A stretch of 61,178 nucleotides of DNA, counting the filler, from Catajapyx aquilonaris (lineage: Eukaryota), in the NCBI GenBank assembly GCA_000934665.2. It is 4 parts of 4 records of this genome, joined end to end, with 100 filler letters (N's around TTAATTAATTAA, not from the genome) between each part and the next. Parts side by side here need not be neighbours in the genome. Positions count along the whole stretch, not along the records: positions 45,977 to 61,178 come from KZ539704.1; 3 more parts are not named here. One strand, written 5' to 3'. The translations under genes and the position numbers were made by a program. The notes beneath the pieces are model-generated. The model had not been told where the DNA came from. It ran no database searches and saw only the letters and a list, made by a program, of their open reading frames with translations. Below are positions 60,171-61,178 of this stretch, one piece after another. Position 1 is the first letter of the stretch, and every line of letters starts with the position of its first letter.

Positions 60171-61178
60171 CAGCACCAACCGAGTGCCACCAACAAGGAC
60201 GCCAGGAAAATGTGTCCAAAGAGGCACCACATTTCAGGAGGAACACAGTTACACCAATGCTCTGAACGTTACTAGCACGTGAAGGATGTTCATTATGTTC
60301 TTGTATAACAGCATTACGCAGCCAATGGAGTCAAGGTTACCACCAAAAAAATATGCAGAATGAAACTGCGACTAAGTGACTCACCTCCTGTGGATTTTTT
60401 ATTGGAAACGTAATGATACATATATTGTATTTACAGTAATTACTGACTGCAGTATCATAAATCATGTCTCTAATTTTAAAATATTATACTTACGGCTCCG
60501 GGATGAAGGTCAGAGTATAATATTTTACTGGGCGGGTACAGTGAGTCAAATCACCTCGTCTCCCATGTTTGCCCTGAAGAAATGTATAGATACCAGGTTA
60601 ATGTAATGTCTGGTTCAATAATTTGAGTGTGACAACACTCTACTTCAAAATCTCAAGAAATCGAGTGCAATTCCCCCCCCCCCNNNNNNNNNNNNNNNNN
60701 NNNNNNNCCCCCCCCCCTGGACAGACTACATGTTACGAACTCATGGGATATGGTCATCGAGCCTCGGTTAGCGCAGGTGATGGGTGCATTGAATTTACGG
60801 CGATATGATGTGTAAAAACAAAGAGAAGCCTGAGACATTGATATGATGGGCGGCATCTCCCTGGAAACTTGAACTCCATGAAAACAGAATTCATCCATAT
60901 GTCTATAAGGGACATGACTGTCCGTTACCAGCGTTTCCTCGATCCTGTGTGAATGATACAGTATACCATAGTTATAAAAGTTTGTAACAGAATATTACAA
61001 GAAGAATCCTCAGATTGTAATGTACCGGTAATTAATCTTACAATGTACGGTACTATGTACACTAACTTGTACAGTAGGACCCACAGATTACGACTACCCT
61101 CTAGATGGGAAACTCAATACTAAAAATTCGTCCCCGCTTTGCTGGTGGCGCCGCTAACGGTTTGCTCTCCGAACTAAA

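Noticed and set aside
47052..60282. Numerous plus-strand ORFs in the P450 cluster
   Set aside because: They are antisense shadows of the P450 exons, repeated in each paralog.

Overview
Eukaryotic, arthropod-like genomic DNA. The window is four unrelated ~15.2 kb contigs joined by artificial 100-nt N44-TTAATTAATTAA-N44 spacers (15253-15352, 30559-30658, 45877-45976), so adjacency across spacers means nothing. Contig 1 is a nested-transposon pile: a PIF/Harbinger end plus its Myb/SANT gene interrupted by two TA-flanked TIR elements, an SGNH-esterase / C2H2 zinc finger / MULE-type DNA-binding-domain module, a 282-bp palindrome, a gypsy gag fragment, and exons of divergent MDP1-like phosphatase genes. 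Contig 2 holds the 5' exons of Deaf1, a coiled-coil terminal exon and many MITEs and SINEs. Contig 3 holds the last three exons of unc79 and a decayed piwi/aubergine 5' gene fragment whose N-domain segment is also present as an inverted copy, a potential anti-piwi hairpin-RNA locus. Contig 4 is a tandem CYP3-clan (CYP6/9-like) P450 cluster: three apparently intact genes, one pseudogene and one chimeric fragment. All assignments come from manual translation and recalled family motifs; no searches were run.
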